Source: an uncultured virus (IMG/VR IMGVR_UViG_3300015607_005478) (taxonomy: Duplodnaviria > Heunggongvirae > Uroviricota > Caudoviricetes). From it: a stretch of DNA of 64,000 nucleotides. The stretch lies in the IMG/VR virus record IMGVR_UViG_3300015607_005478; one strand, written 5' to 3'. This document shows positions 31,458 through 42,037 of this stretch, piece by piece (position 1 is the first letter of the stretch; each line of letters begins with the position of its first letter). Position numbers and translations under genes: made by a program. Under the pieces are notes generated by a model. That model saw nothing but the letters and a program-made list of their open reading frames with translations, searched no databases and was not told where the DNA came from.

Positions 31458-32117
31458 ATGCAAGTCGACATGATGAAGCTCGATCCGCGAATCGCGAATA
31501 TCTACTACAAGGACTACCGCGATAGCGTGCGCCGGTTCCAGCAAGAGCGCCGAGAGAATAAGTCACTCACGAAGAGCGATGCCGAGAAAGAGGCCGAGAT
31601 CTTCAAGGCCACCTACTACGCCATGGCGCAGGGCAAGACGATTCTGAACGTCTCGTCGGCTATCAGCGATGCTGGTCTCAACGAGGATGGATTGCCGAAC
31701 CTCGCTCTCGCACAGGCCGATTGGCAGAACTGCTTTCTGGAACTCGACAACGGCCGACTCGTTTTCTCACGCGACGGGTTCGCGCGCTTCAACTGGCGAG
31801 CAAGGCGCTATCGCGATCAGGCTATCTGGTTCCGCAGCAGCATCCTCCCGCAGGAGTTTGGTAACACGGCGGCACGTAAAGAAGCTGGTCATAAACCGCT
31901 CGGCCGGCACAAGGCCGTCGTGCCCGTAGTTCCGGCGCATCTTCGGCTGCAAGCCGACCTGGACAGGTATCACATCCTCTGGGACGCGATTTGGGACCCG
32001 TCTCCGCCAGTGGACCCGATTCTTCTCCGTCATATCGCCGGGCACATGTACGCGGTGATTGCGCAGTGGGACCTCACACCGATCGAGCAGTCCGTGCTCG
32101 GCCACCGCATCTCGTGA
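31458..32117 (+). CDS. Phage hypothetical protein
   Basis: AGGAG RBS; YHILWDAIW..PPVDPILLRHI..MYAVIAQWDLTPIE. Confidence 0.7.
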   Translation: MQVDMMKLDPRIANIYYKDYRDSVRRFQQERRENKSLTKSDAEKEAEIFKATYYAMAQGKTILNVSSAISDAGLNEDGLPNLALAQADWQNCFLELDNGRLVFSRDGFARFNWRARRYRDQAIWFRSSILPQEFGNTAARKEAGHKPLGRHKAVVPVVPAHLRLQADLDRYHILWDAIWDPSPPVDPILLRHIAGHMYAVIAQWDLTPIEQSVLGHRIS

Positions 32118-32355
32118 CACAGCAAGTGCCGAAACCCGTGACGCTGCCGCCGGCGTCACGGGAGGCTCTTCTGGCGCTCGAGAAGTCTGAGCTCGTGGAT
32201 ATCGTGTTGCTCGCCCTGCAGGGTCACCAGCAAGCCACCGAGAACATGCAGACGCTCAACAGCCTCTTGGCCGAAGAGCGCCAAAAGAACCAAGACCTGC
32301 AGGACAAGCTGACCTCGCAAGAGGCCGAACTCATCACGCTTAGGAGTCGACCCAC

Positions 32356-33030
32356 ATGAACTGCCCGCCCGGAATGAGCATGCCCGCAGACGAAAAGCAC
32401 ACCATCGAAGCTCTCTGCCAGCGCTCGCGCGATATCTCGCTCGAGAAGGGTTGGCTGAACCCCGACGGCACCGATCCCCGAAAGCCGTCGACGGTGCTCA
32501 ACCTCTTCGTCTCGGAGATCTCAGAGGCGTTCGAGGAGTATCGGGCGCACAAGCCGCTCAACGAGATCTACTACGAAGTTCGTGGACACGTACTCTCGCG
32601 GGAGGAGCGCCTTCGTTCTACGGAGCCGCCGGCCGCCGATGTTGGCGCGTTCAAGCCGTGCGGCATTCCCATCGAAATCGCCGACCTCGTCATCCGCATC
32701 TGCCAGCGTGTTGGCAGCGCCGGCGAGGGCGAGCTTCTTCAGAGCGCATTCGACGATCATCTAGGCGCCGAGCTCGACGGCGCTGACTTCGACGATCTCA
32801 TGGCCGAGGTGACGGAGACACTCGCGTATTGGTATCGGGAGACCATTACCCCCGGCGTCCCCTCCGATTTGGAACACACGCAGGCGAAGCTGTTTGACCA
32901 TCTCGGCTACGCCCTCGCGCTGCTGTTCTACTTCGCCGAGCGGTCGGAGTTCGACCTCTGGGCTGCCATCGATGAGAAAGAGGCGTACAACCGTACAAGG
33001 CCAACGCGCCATGGAAACAAGCGCTGCTAG
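32356..33030 (+). CDS. MazG-like nucleotide pyrophosphohydrolase
   Basis: KGW...SEISEAFEEYR...KPCGIPIEIADLVIRI...DLWAAIDEKEAYNRTRPTRHGNK. Confidence 0.8.
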   Translation: MNCPPGMSMPADEKHTIEALCQRSRDISLEKGWLNPDGTDPRKPSTVLNLFVSEISEAFEEYRAHKPLNEIYYEVRGHVLSREERLRSTEPPAADVGAFKPCGIPIEIADLVIRICQRVGSAGEGELLQSAFDDHLGAELDGADFDDLMAEVTETLAYWYRETITPGVPSDLEHTQAKLFDHLGYALALLFYFAERSEFDLWAAIDEKEAYNRTRPTRHGNKRC

Positions 33031-33542
33031 CCGCCTAGGTAGCGCAACGCGGCACGGAGGCGCTTCGGGTCGTCTTTGAGGTATCCGATGCCACGATTGC
33101 ACCCATTGCACAGCAGGCCGCGCACGCGGCCCGTTGTGTGATCGTGGTCTACCACTAGCTTCTTATGCCTTCCGTCTGGCGGACCCCCGCAGATGTCGCA
33201 AAGCCCGTTGCGCGCTTTCATCACGGACTCGGCCTCCGCAGTAGATAGGCCGTACTTCTTGATCCGAGCCAGGCGCCGCGTATGGAGATGGCGTTCCCTG
33301 TTCCTAGTCTGCCACGCCTTTATCGTCGCGCGATACTTCTTCGGATTCGTCGCGCGCCACCGGCGCTGTTGCGCAGCACTTGCAGCATTGTACTTGGCGC
33401 GGTTTTTCTGCCGACGTTCTCGGTTCGTGTCAATCACGCACTGCTTGCAGACATTGAGATGTCCATCCTTCATATGCGCGTGTTCGAAGAAGTTCGACAG
33501 CTTCTGTGGAACATCGCAACGTCGGCAGCGCTTGCGTCGCAT
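33027..33542 (-). CDS. Endonuclease VII-domain protein, inverted; probable homing endonuclease
   Basis: CDICGG...LVVDHDHTTGRVRGLLCNGCNRGIG...ALRYL; N-terminal CRRC..CKQC. Confidence 0.9.
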   Translation of the reverse strand: MRRKRCRRCDVPQKLSNFFEHAHMKDGHLNVCKQCVIDTNRERRQKNRAKYNAASAAQQRRWRATNPKKYRATIKAWQTRNRERHLHTRRLARIKKYGLSTAEAESVMKARNGLCDICGGPPDGRHKKLVVDHDHTTGRVRGLLCNGCNRGIGYLKDDPKRLRAALRYLGG

Positions 33543-33568
33543 ATTCAAAACTCTACAATGGATGAAAG

Positions 33569-34159
33569 ATGTTGCAAAGGAAACGGTTCAATCTCGATGT
33601 TGATGGTGTGCTGGCGGACTTCGCCCAGGCAGCTTTGGACCACGTTTTTGCTTTGAGCGGGCAACGCCGCGATCCTTCCATCGTGCGCACTTGGGAAGTC
33701 TTTGACTCTCTTCCTGACCTTCTTCACCTGCGGAAAGAGACGTACAGGCGCATGAAGGCGGCCGGCGGCTGCTACGCCATCCCGGTCTACGATGGCGCAA
33801 AAGAAGCGGTCGCAGAGCTGAAGGAGCTCGTCGACATCACCATCGTCACATCACCGTTCAAGAACGCGCCGACGTGGATGCACGAGCGCGAGCAATGGCT
33901 TGCTGACCATTTCGGCATCGACCGCGATCGGGTCATTCACGCGGGGAACAAGGAGGCTATTCATGCTGACTTCTTCCTGGACGACAAAGAGAGCCACATC
34001 ATCGGCTGGCAACGCTATTGGCGGGCGCGTGGCGTGCCGGTACATGGTTATCTCTGGCACACCGGGCGCAACACTAACCCTGCGCCGCATCTCGAGGTTG
34101 TGCGTGATTGGCCGACTCTCATCAAGTTGGTGAAGCAGCACATCGAGGCCGTCGAGTAA
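33569..34159 (+). CDS. 5'(3')-deoxyribonucleotidase (HAD, NT5C-like)
   Basis: LDVDGVLADF, IVTSP, WLADHF, FFLDDK. Confidence 0.85.
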   Translation: MLQRKRFNLDVDGVLADFAQAALDHVFALSGQRRDPSIVRTWEVFDSLPDLLHLRKETYRRMKAAGGCYAIPVYDGAKEAVAELKELVDITIVTSPFKNAPTWMHEREQWLADHFGIDRDRVIHAGNKEAIHADFFLDDKESHIIGWQRYWRARGVPVHGYLWHTGRNTNPAPHLEVVRDWPTLIKLVKQHIEAVE

Positions 34160-35271
34160 TGCCTAAGACAAGAGAAGAGTTGCTGCGTGCTGAGGTAGAG
34201 CGCCGCCAACGTGCAACCGACGATGACAGTATTCGCTTGGCCGAGTACGAGCGCCAATTGATTTCGGGTCAGGCCCGTTCGCCTGTCGCGCAGCGCATCA
34301 TCGACCTCTCTAGCTGTTACGGGCAGCTGGCCCTTTCGGGAGAGAAGTTGCCTGAACGCGACGCCGCTATTCTGGTCGCAGAGTTATCCATTACCGAGGG
34401 TGTTGAGGTTGTTCCTGATACTTCGACGCTCGAGCTGTCTTCGGAAAAGAAGCCCGAGGAGTAGAATGCAGAACCAACGTATGCGTATCGGCCCGCCGCC
34501 CAAGCCGCAATGGAAGACGGTTGCTATTGCAACGCCGGACCCCATCGCCTTCGCTCGTGAGCTTCAAACGTCTCTACAGGAGCTCACGGATCAGGGCTAT
34601 GTCATCAACAGCCAGATGGCGCGAGGCGACGCGCTCATCATCACCGCAAGCCGTCTTCCGCCGACGGAGCCTCCGCCCGCTCTCCGGCGACGTGTCGTGG
34701 ATCTCCCGTCCGCACGCTCGTCCGGCGTGCCCTTCGAGGAGGTCCTTTACCATTACCTCGAAGCCGGTGAGCAGAAGCAGCGAAACTTCCCCTCGCTCGT
34801 TGACGCGCTTCGAGCGCTGAAGGAAGATCTTGGTCGCGAAGGCGTCTCACCGGTCAACCTCACGACGGTGTCGCTGACGAGCTTCGAGCCCGAGTCGTTT
34901 TCCTATTTGCTGCGCATGTTCGCCGAGGACCTTCAGCCTCCTCCAGGATGACCGATGGCCGGAAACGCACCCCCGCAAGATGACCCGAAGCTCCAGTCTC
35001 AGAACCTCGAGCTCCGCACCGCCCTCAGCGATGCCTACGCTTCCGTCGAGGGTTACAAGGCTGCGCAATCCTTCAATGCGCTCACCTTCGAGGACCTGGC
35101 GGATCAGCAAATCGAGCGTATCGAGGGTGCTGACACCGAGGCTCGCCCCAACGAGCTGAATCGAGTACAACGCGTCCTCAACAACGTTCTGCAGGCGGTC
35201 GACAAAATCAAGGCGCTGCCTCCGGAGTCGTTCGCAAAACAAGATGCAGCACGCGACGTGAACACGCCTCC

Positions 35272-35889
35272 ATGAATTACATCATTGGTTGTGACGAAGT
35301 GGGGCTCGGCGCTTGGGCCGGCCCTCTGATGGCCTGTGCCGTCGCCGTTCCTGCAGATTGGACCGGCCCGCCGGGCCTCACGGACTCTAAGACGTTCTCC
35401 AAGAACAAGGCAGCGATGCTGCCGATCTACAATCAGTTGGTGGGCCTTCCTCTAGCGCTTGCCTCGATGTCTGTTGAAGGTATCGATTCGATGGGCCTGC
35501 GGCCCTCTCTCATCGCCACACAGACGATGGTGATTCTCGAGCTCCTCCGCCGCTTTCCGGGTGCGCGCGTCGTTGTTGACGGTGACGTTCCTCTTCCTGA
35601 GTTGCCGCGCGCGGAGCTCCATGTAAAAGGCGACGCAAAGTTTCCGGCCATCTCTGCCGCGAGCATCATCGCCAAGGTGAATCGCGACTTCCTCATGAAG
35701 CAGTACCACGCGCAGTTCCCGCACTACGGCTGGGACACGAATGCCGGGTACGGCGGAAACTCAAAACATGCTGCAGGTCTCGACAAGTACGGCGTGACGT
35801 TCCTTCATCGGAGGTCTTACGGACCGATCAAGGAACGCCTGGGGCTCACTTCCGCACAGCGCCAGATGAACCTCTTCGAGGGCACATGA
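35272..35889 (+). CDS. rnhB: Ribonuclease HII
   Basis: IGCDEVGLGAWAGPL, LTDSK, VVVDG, KGDAKFPAISAASIIAKVNRD, YGWDTNAGYG, HRRSY. Confidence 0.92.
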   Translation: MNYIIGCDEVGLGAWAGPLMACAVAVPADWTGPPGLTDSKTFSKNKAAMLPIYNQLVGLPLALASMSVEGIDSMGLRPSLIATQTMVILELLRRFPGARVVVDGDVPLPELPRAELHVKGDAKFPAISAASIIAKVNRDFLMKQYHAQFPHYGWDTNAGYGGNSKHAAGLDKYGVTFLHRRSYGPIKERLGLTSAQRQMNLFEGT

Positions 35890-36078
35890 AATACACCGCA
35901 TTCTTGATCTGCGAGCCGGGCATGGACCGGCCCTGTTTCAGTCATCAGGAGCCTTCCCCGGAGCAACGTGCGCGAAATGCTCGTGTCGGGGGCTACATCT
36001 TCGAGCTCGACCTCGACATCCCGAACTTCGAGATGGTCGACGGTGTATTGAAGCCCACTCTTTCCCGTATCTGAGATC

Positions 36079-36756
36079 ATGACCCAAGCCCTGGAATTGT
36101 CGCGGGCGCCGGCGACGCTGCCGGCACCAAAAGAGATCGTTGTTCGATCAACCGACGCGCTGGTCGCTTATGCATGCCCCAATCCAAATTGCGGCATGCT
36201 TTTCCTCTTCCGCAAGGACGACACGGAAGAGGACAAGCGACGCAAGCGCGATGAGGCAGCGGCGCACTGCGTGAAGGTCTGCGCCTGCGGCAAGCCCCTC
36301 GATTATCACTACTTCTTGCGCTGCGAGGCCTGCCGCGCAGAGAAGGAGGCGCGGCGAGAGAAGCTCGCGTTCGATAACGCGCAGAAGGTCTCGATCGACG
36401 ACTACCCTGAGAACAGTCCGGTCTTCTGGGAAGGTGGCTGCGGGGATATGGAGGGTGATGGCTACTTCTCGAGTCTCAGCGCCCTCCTCGATTACTGCGA
36501 GGATGAGGGGAAGGAGCTGCCGACGTACGTATGGGCTTGCCGGCGACACGACTTCACGCTTGATGCTGCCGGCGTAGTCCAAGCAAATCTCGCTGCACAG
36601 GACATCGATCCTGCCGGTGTTCGGCTCACCGACTCGGACTTCGACGCGCTGCAGAAGGTCCTCAACGACTGGATCGAGAAGCAGGGGCCGAAGTTGCAGG
36701 CCTGGTTTCAAGACACGAATCGGGCCGTCGTCCTCGTCGATAGCGAAAGTAGTTGA
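36079..36756 (+). CDS. Cys-rich phage hypothetical protein
   Basis: 225 aa; CPNPNC, CACG, CEAC. Confidence 0.6.
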   Translation: MTQALELSRAPATLPAPKEIVVRSTDALVAYACPNPNCGMLFLFRKDDTEEDKRRKRDEAAAHCVKVCACGKPLDYHYFLRCEACRAEKEARREKLAFDNAQKVSIDDYPENSPVFWEGGCGDMEGDGYFSSLSALLDYCEDEGKELPTYVWACRRHDFTLDAAGVVQANLAAQDIDPAGVRLTDSDFDALQKVLNDWIEKQGPKLQAWFQDTNRAVVLVDSESS

Positions 36757-36807
36757 ACGGCAGCGCGGGGCCGGTATTCTTCGGTCTTCGTCGCTGCTCT
36801 CTCGGCA

Positions 36808-36847
36808 AACCCCATCGCGTCCGCAAGCGCGGTGGGGTTCTTTTCTT
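36808..36847 (+). terminator. Intrinsic terminator closing the accessory region
   Basis: AACCCCATCGCG...CGCGGTGGGGTT followed by CTTTTCTT. Confidence 0.8.
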
Positions 36848-36888
36848 AGCCTCTGCCTTGGAGGGGAGCGTTCCGCTAGAATGCCTGC

Positions 36889-37545
36889 GTGAGCGTTGAC
36901 ATTCAGGTTGTGTTTCCGCAGGAGGTTGTTCCGCTCAACGCGGTGCGCATCCTTCCAGGCGTAAACCCGCGTTCTGTCGACGTCATTGGGCAGGACTTCC
37001 GATCCATCGATGAAGTCCTCATCAACGACGTGCCCTCGCCGGACGTCGTCATCGTTTCGCAGAAGCGCCTTCTCGCCCAGGTGCCGGACCAGCTTGTCAA
37101 CGAGACGCTGACTTCCATCACCGTTATCTCGAACAAGCTCACGATCACTACGAAGAGCTTGCTCAAGTTCCGCTTCGGAAAAACAACGAGCAAGGTCTCG
37201 GGGATCCTTCGCCTGGTCCAGATCTTTTTGAAGATCTTGTTCTCGACGCCGGGGACGGACATCTTCTCGCCGCGCATCGGAGGCAACGGCTTGAAGGGGA
37301 TAGGTCTCACTTTCGGCAAGGATCAAGGTGGACAGATCGTCTCGGACTTCGTCATCGCGGTCAGCAACACGCAACGCCAGGTCCAAGCGATTCAGGCGCG
37401 CGATCCCACCATCCCTCGGGACGAGCGCCTTCTGCAGGCCGCCGTAACGAAAGCGGATTACAACCGGGCGGAAGCTGCACTTGTTGTCTCTGTCGAGCTC
37501 ACCTCTCATGCTGGCCGGTCGGCCACCGCAAACGTGGTGCTGTAA
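36889..37545 (+). CDS. Putative baseplate wedge protein (IPT-like N-terminus, gp25-like C-terminus)
   Basis: First gene of the block; KVSGILRLVQIFLKILFSTPGTDIFSPRIGG resembles the gp25/GPW core. Confidence 0.55.
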   Translation: MSVDIQVVFPQEVVPLNAVRILPGVNPRSVDVIGQDFRSIDEVLINDVPSPDVVIVSQKRLLAQVPDQLVNETLTSITVISNKLTITTKSLLKFRFGKTTSKVSGILRLVQIFLKILFSTPGTDIFSPRIGGNGLKGIGLTFGKDQGGQIVSDFVIAVSNTQRQVQAIQARDPTIPRDERLLQAAVTKADYNRAEAALVVSVELTSHAGRSATANVVL

Positions 37546-37700
37546 TGAAGAAGCCGAAGAAAAAGAAGGAAGTTCGGCCTACGAGTGAGGAGCTCATGGA
37601 GATCATGCGTCGCTCCGCCAAAGACGTCGAAGAGCTCGATCGACGCCTGAAGAACGTCTTCACGTTGACACCCGCGCAGCTGCACATGAGGCTCGACTGA
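37545..37700 (+). CDS. 51-aa basic protein
   Basis: MKKPKKKKEVRPTSEELMEIMRRS...HMRLD*; fills the gap exactly. Confidence 0.5.
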   Translation: MKKPKKKKEVRPTSEELMEIMRRSAKDVEELDRRLKNVFTLTPAQLHMRLD

Positions 37701-37704
37701 TTCA

Positions 37705-40700
37705 ATGGCTCTCGTAGATCTTCAGGCCTATATCGTTGAGTGCCTCCAGCGCGTCGACAACACGCTCGACCTGACGCCGGGCTCGCCCTACGACGTGCAA
37801 GTCGTTCAACCGATCCTGCGTCGTTTGGGCACCGACCCGTTCACGGTCGATATCGGTCTCTTCATCCAGACGACGTTGAACCAGCAGTTCCCCGACCTTC
37901 CTACAAAGGAAGGCGATGCGATCACGGACTTGCTGATCAAGGCCGGCATCGTTCTTTGGAATCCCATCGTTCGTGAGATCGCGCGCGTCGCGAACGCTTC
38001 CTCTTTTCGCGACCCCACCATCCTCACGCTTGATGAGGCAGAGGCCCTGGGCGCAAATCTCTTCGCCACCCGCGAGACTGGAGATTTCGCTCGGGGCGTC
38101 GTCCGCATCTATTTTCAGCAGCCGACCAACTGCTCTGTCAGCCCAGCGAACTTCGTTACGTCAAAAGCGGGCCTGCATTTCTTCCCCACGGAGATCCAGA
38201 GCATTCGCGTCGAGGAGATGCTCCTCAATCTGGAAGGCTCGCTCTACTTCTTCGACATCAACACCATCGCAGAGACTGCCGGCGACCAGTACAACATCGG
38301 TCCTGATGAAGTGGTGACGATCGCGAACATCGCGAGCGCTACGCGCATCACGAACAAAGTCCGTTTTCGCTCGGGCACGCCCGACGAGGACGCGGTTACG
38401 TTCGTCAGTCGCATCGAGCAGGAGTTGACCGAGCGTTCTATGGTCACGCAACGCGGCGTCGTTGCGAAGGTGACCAAGGAGTTTCCGGAGGTCACTCGCC
38501 TCAACGTTATTGGGTTCAACGACCCTGAGATGCAGCGTGACATCATCACGGGTGGCGGTCTGGGTCCCATTCTCGCAGGTGGGAAGCTTGCAGCACCTCT
38601 CGCGGATGGCGAAAGCGCTGTCCTCACGCGGCGCGTGCAGGTGAGCGACGCAGGCGTCGACTTCACCGCCCTCATCGGGCCAATCGGTACCTCGGCGTCG
38701 GGTTACACGTTCACGGTGCACGACCTCTATCCGAGTGCATCGCCGCCGACGGTGCGTGACCTCACCGTTCTTCGGATTGTAGATACTACAACGCTGGACG
38801 TAGCGGCCCAGGTCTTCGACCCCGGCGCATCTGGTGGGCATTGGGTGTTGCGGAAGAACGCGCTTACGCTTTCTGGCATCCCCGGCGGCATTCTCTACCC
38901 AGACACCGCCGATGGAACAGTCACGATTCCAGACAACCAGATTCATATCGGCGGAGCGTCGGACACATATGTGCGCGGTCAGGAGTTTGACCTCGCAACG
39001 TTGATTCTCTCGAGCATCATCGATGACGACCCCCTCCTGCAGGGTGTGAAGCTCACGTTCTCGAGCTCGACGACCCTCACGCTCGCAGACTTCGTTCTGG
39101 GTACGAACTACGCCGTCGGTGACGCGACGTACACCGCACTTACAGCGGCCGCCTCGAACAACCTCAGCATCCAGATCCTCGATCCGCCGAATGCGGGGAG
39201 CTTCCGCATTCTCGCCGTCACACAAGTCCCCGGGAGCTCGCCGATTCTTACGGTCACACCGAGTGTAACGGTCGTGGCGGGCAACTACCGCTGGCGCCTC
39301 AGCGACGCGATCTTCATCGATCTGGCAGACCCCAAGGAGACGAAGATTTCCGGCAACGACCTGCGCACGGTACAGGGGCAGGACATTGTCGATACATCTT
39401 CAGGCGTTGACTTCGACAGCTACGGCGTTGGCCCGAGCGACGTCCTGCGGATCAAAACCGGCAATCTCATCGTAGGCGACTACGTCGTTCAACAAGTCCT
39501 CACGCCGCTCTATCAGAAGGTTCAAGTCGATCGAAAGCTTCCGGCGTCCCTCACCGACGTCTCGTACACGATCTTCCGCGGCAACGCGGATGGCGGCGTT
39601 GTAAATCCGTTCGTTCGTATCACCAGCATCGATCTCCTCGACACGTCGAGTCAGCCGGTTGGTACGAAGATCCCTTATGCGAAGGCCATCGACGTCCGCA
39701 GCAATGGCTTCGCGAACAGCGCGCACGGCATCAAGGCCGATGTCACCGATGCGGTTCTCGGAATCGTCTCCGAAGACATAACTGGCGGCGCCAACGTACT
39801 TGGCCTCTCGTTGTTTCTTGCATGGGATGGCGTCACGCCTTTCAACGTCACGTTCACCGGCGTGAACCCCATCTCGATCGCGAGCATGGTCAGTCAGATC
39901 AATGCGGCGTCCCTTGCGGCGTCTGCGGGCACGGTTCCCCGCCTCGCGATGGCGCTCGACAACAATAGTCGGCTTGCGCTTCTGCCCGTCGGCACCAACA
40001 CGCGCATCATCTCTGGTGACGCGATTCCGGTTCTCTTCGGCTTTCCCTCAACGACAATCTCGGCACGCGATATCCGATCCGATGAGGTGACGGGGCTCGG
40101 TGGATGGGACGCGCTGCGGCCGCGCCTCGACTTCAACTTCGACGTCGTGCAGGCACTCGACGGACTTCAGGTCGGCTTTTACGGAAGCCTGTCCGTCGTA
40201 GCTTCTCCCTATGTTGTCGGTGCCTACGACGCGCTTCGAACGACACACGACTTCAACCCGGAAGTGCGTCGACACGTTCAAGTCGGCTCGCGCTCGCTTG
40301 GTACGGCGCGTCTCTACTTCCTCGAGCCCACAAGCATTGAGGCCGATCAGAACACGTTCTTCACCCTGACGAACTCGGACGGTTCTACGCTGCGGTTCTT
40401 CCCGGACCCAACGAACAACTATCAGCGCATTCCTGCGCTTCCGAGCGGCATCAAGCCCCTCGACGGCAATACAGGCGGCGCGCTCCCCGCCAGCACGCTC
40501 GAGTCCACCTCTACAGACTTCATCGCAAAAGGCATTCAGGTCGGCGACCTTCTCGTGATCGATTACGTGCCGCTCGCGGGCACGGTTGCTCTCGCCGATC
40601 CTGTGGCAAGCCTCAACGTTACGACGCTGGTGCTCAGCATCAACGGCGGTATCGATAAGACGATCATCTTCATTCACGACGATGGGTCGATTCCCTCGGC

Positions 40701-41706
40701 GGCGGTGACGCGCCAAGGCGTCGTCGACCAAATCAATCGAACAGTCGGTCAGGTGGTTTGCGCCCTCAATGGCTCGAACCAGCTCCAGTTCAACCCCGAT
40801 GCATCGGTTGTGATTCGGCCTACGGGAACGGCGAACGCCCTCCTCGGGTTTTCCACCAGCGTCGACCAGAACAACGACTCGCCCAACAAGGGCACGTACA
40901 CGATTCAACAAGTCGGCCCGAGCGGCAATCCACATCGTGTTGTGGTTTCGATCGCCTTCCCGAACACGACGTCGCTGCCCACGCAGCAGTTCAAAGTGTT
41001 TCGTGCAGGTCTGCAGCGCATCGTGTCGACGGACATGGCGAAGAACCTCGGCACCGCCGGTCTTTACTGCTTCGACCTCGAGCTCGTCTCCGAAGGCACC
41101 GGCGACCAATACAACATCGTCGCAGACCTCCCGCTCACTGCCGACGGTTACCGCTCCGACGGTTATTACCTCACCACCGATGACCCGAACCTCACGTTCT
41201 CGCCGGTCGAGAAGCCGAAGCTTCATATCTCCCGATCGATCCTGGAGGTGGGCGTTTCGGACGATCCGGACAATGCCACGCAGCTCGGCGGCCAGAACCT
41301 GTCCGTGAACTACGAGCGTTCGACGCTCGTGAACAACGTCGACAACTTCGCTAGGAGTGAGACGGAGCGCGTCATCAATCAGAGCCCGCTCGCGCGTCAT
41401 CTCATCCCGCACTTTGTCAGATTCGACCTCACGTACTTCGGCGGTTCGAAGGAAGACGTGGTCATCCCCGACATCGAGTCGTACATCACCGCGCTCTATC
41501 CAACGGATGCTCTTACCGTCAGCGCACTCGAAAAGCTTTGCAGCAATCGCGGTGCGCGTTCGGTGAGCAACCCCGTGGATCTCATCGCTGTTGTCCACAA
41601 TGTCGATCGGACAATCACGGTCGAGAGGAGCCAGAATCAGCTCAACACGGGGCGGCTCGCCGCCTTCATTCCAGATGTTCTGAACGTCGTGCGAAAGATC
41701 GCCTAG
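37705..41706 (+). CDS. Large baseplate J/gp6-like protein
   Basis: DLTPGSP..., ARGVVRIYF, IAETAGDQYNI, TN..FRSGTPDEDAVTFVSRI are baseplate J-type motifs, implying a contractile tail. Confidence 0.75.
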   Translation: MALVDLQAYIVECLQRVDNTLDLTPGSPYDVQVVQPILRRLGTDPFTVDIGLFIQTTLNQQFPDLPTKEGDAITDLLIKAGIVLWNPIVREIARVANASSFRDPTILTLDEAEALGANLFATRETGDFARGVVRIYFQQPTNCSVSPANFVTSKAGLHFFPTEIQSIRVEEMLLNLEGSLYFFDINTIAETAGDQYNIGPDEVVTIANIASATRITNKVRFRSGTPDEDAVTFVSRIEQELTERSMVTQRGVVAKVTKEFPEVTRLNVIGFNDPEMQRDIITGGGLGPILAGGKLAAPLADGESAVLTRRVQVSDAGVDFTALIGPIGTSASGYTFTVHDLYPSASPPTVRDLTVLRIVDTTTLDVAAQVFDPGASGGHWVLRKNALTLSGIPGGILYPDTADGTVTIPDNQIHIGGASDTYVRGQEFDLATLILSSIIDDDPLLQGVKLTFSSSTTLTLADFVLGTNYAVGDATYTALTAAASNNLSIQILDPPNAGSFRILAVTQVPGSSPILTVTPSVTVVAGNYRWRLSDAIFIDLADPKETKISGNDLRTVQGQDIVDTSSGVDFDSYGVGPSDVLRIKTGNLIVGDYVVQQVLTPLYQKVQVDRKLPASLTDVSYTIFRGNADGGVVNPFVRITSIDLLDTSSQPVGTKIPYAKAIDVRSNGFANSAHGIKADVTDAVLGIVSEDITGGANVLGLSLFLAWDGVTPFNVTFTGVNPISIASMVSQINAASLAASAGTVPRLAMALDNNSRLALLPVGTNTRIISGDAIPVLFGFPSTTISARDIRSDEVTGLGGWDALRPRLDFNFDVVQALDGLQVGFYGSLSVVASPYVVGAYDALRTTHDFNPEVRRHVQVGSRSLGTARLYFLEPTSIEADQNTFFTLTNSDGSTLRFFPDPTNNYQRIPALPSGIKPLDGNTGGALPASTLESTSTDFIAKGIQVGDLLVIDYVPLAGTVALADPVASLNVTTLVLSINGGIDKTIIFIHDDGSIPSAAVTRQGVVDQINRTVGQVVCALNGSNQLQFNPDASVVIRPTGTANALLGFSTSVDQNNDSPNKGTYTIQQVGPSGNPHRVVVSIAFPNTTSLPTQQFKVFRAGLQRIVSTDMAKNLGTAGLYCFDLELVSEGTGDQYNIVADLPLTADGYRSDGYYLTTDDPNLTFSPVEKPKLHISRSILEVGVSDDPDNATQLGGQNLSVNYERSTLVNNVDNFARSETERVINQSPLARHLIPHFVRFDLTYFGGSKEDVVIPDIESYITALYPTDALTVSALEKLCSNRGARSVSNPVDLIAVVHNVDRTITVERSQNQLNTGRLAAFIPDVLNVVRKIA

Positions 41707-42014
41707 CGCGCAGAGATAACGGGAATGCCGGGGACTTGGTCCCCTCGTTCTAGAATGAGGTCAGAGTGCGGGTCGAAGAGGCAGCGGCAGCGGAGGCAGC
41801 GGAGCAGGGAGCGCGCGACCAGCGTGGCCCCAGCTGTGCCCGTTGCAGCAAAAGCATGCGCGGCCGAGGCCTCTTTGCTGCATTCGCCTTGGCAACGTGG
41901 GCAGCGGCAATGACGGTAGAACGCGTCGAGCTTCTTCCGTTCGGGCGTCAGTTCGTCCTGGTAGCCTTCGAGCAACTTCAAGGCGAGCTCGGGATCCATC
42001 ATCTTGAAGTGCAT
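41703..42014 (-). CDS. Zinc-ribbon-like protein inverted within the baseplate block
   Basis: CPRCQG...RCLRCRCLFDPHS; TACCTT 6 nt before the ATG. Confidence 0.65.
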   Translation of the reverse strand: MHFKMMDPELALKLLEGYQDELTPERKKLDAFYRHCRCPRCQGECSKEASAAHAFAATGTAGATLVARSLLRCLRCRCLFDPHSDLILERGDQVPGIPVISAR

Positions 42015-42037
42015 TTTCCAAAGGTATAGGAGAACAC

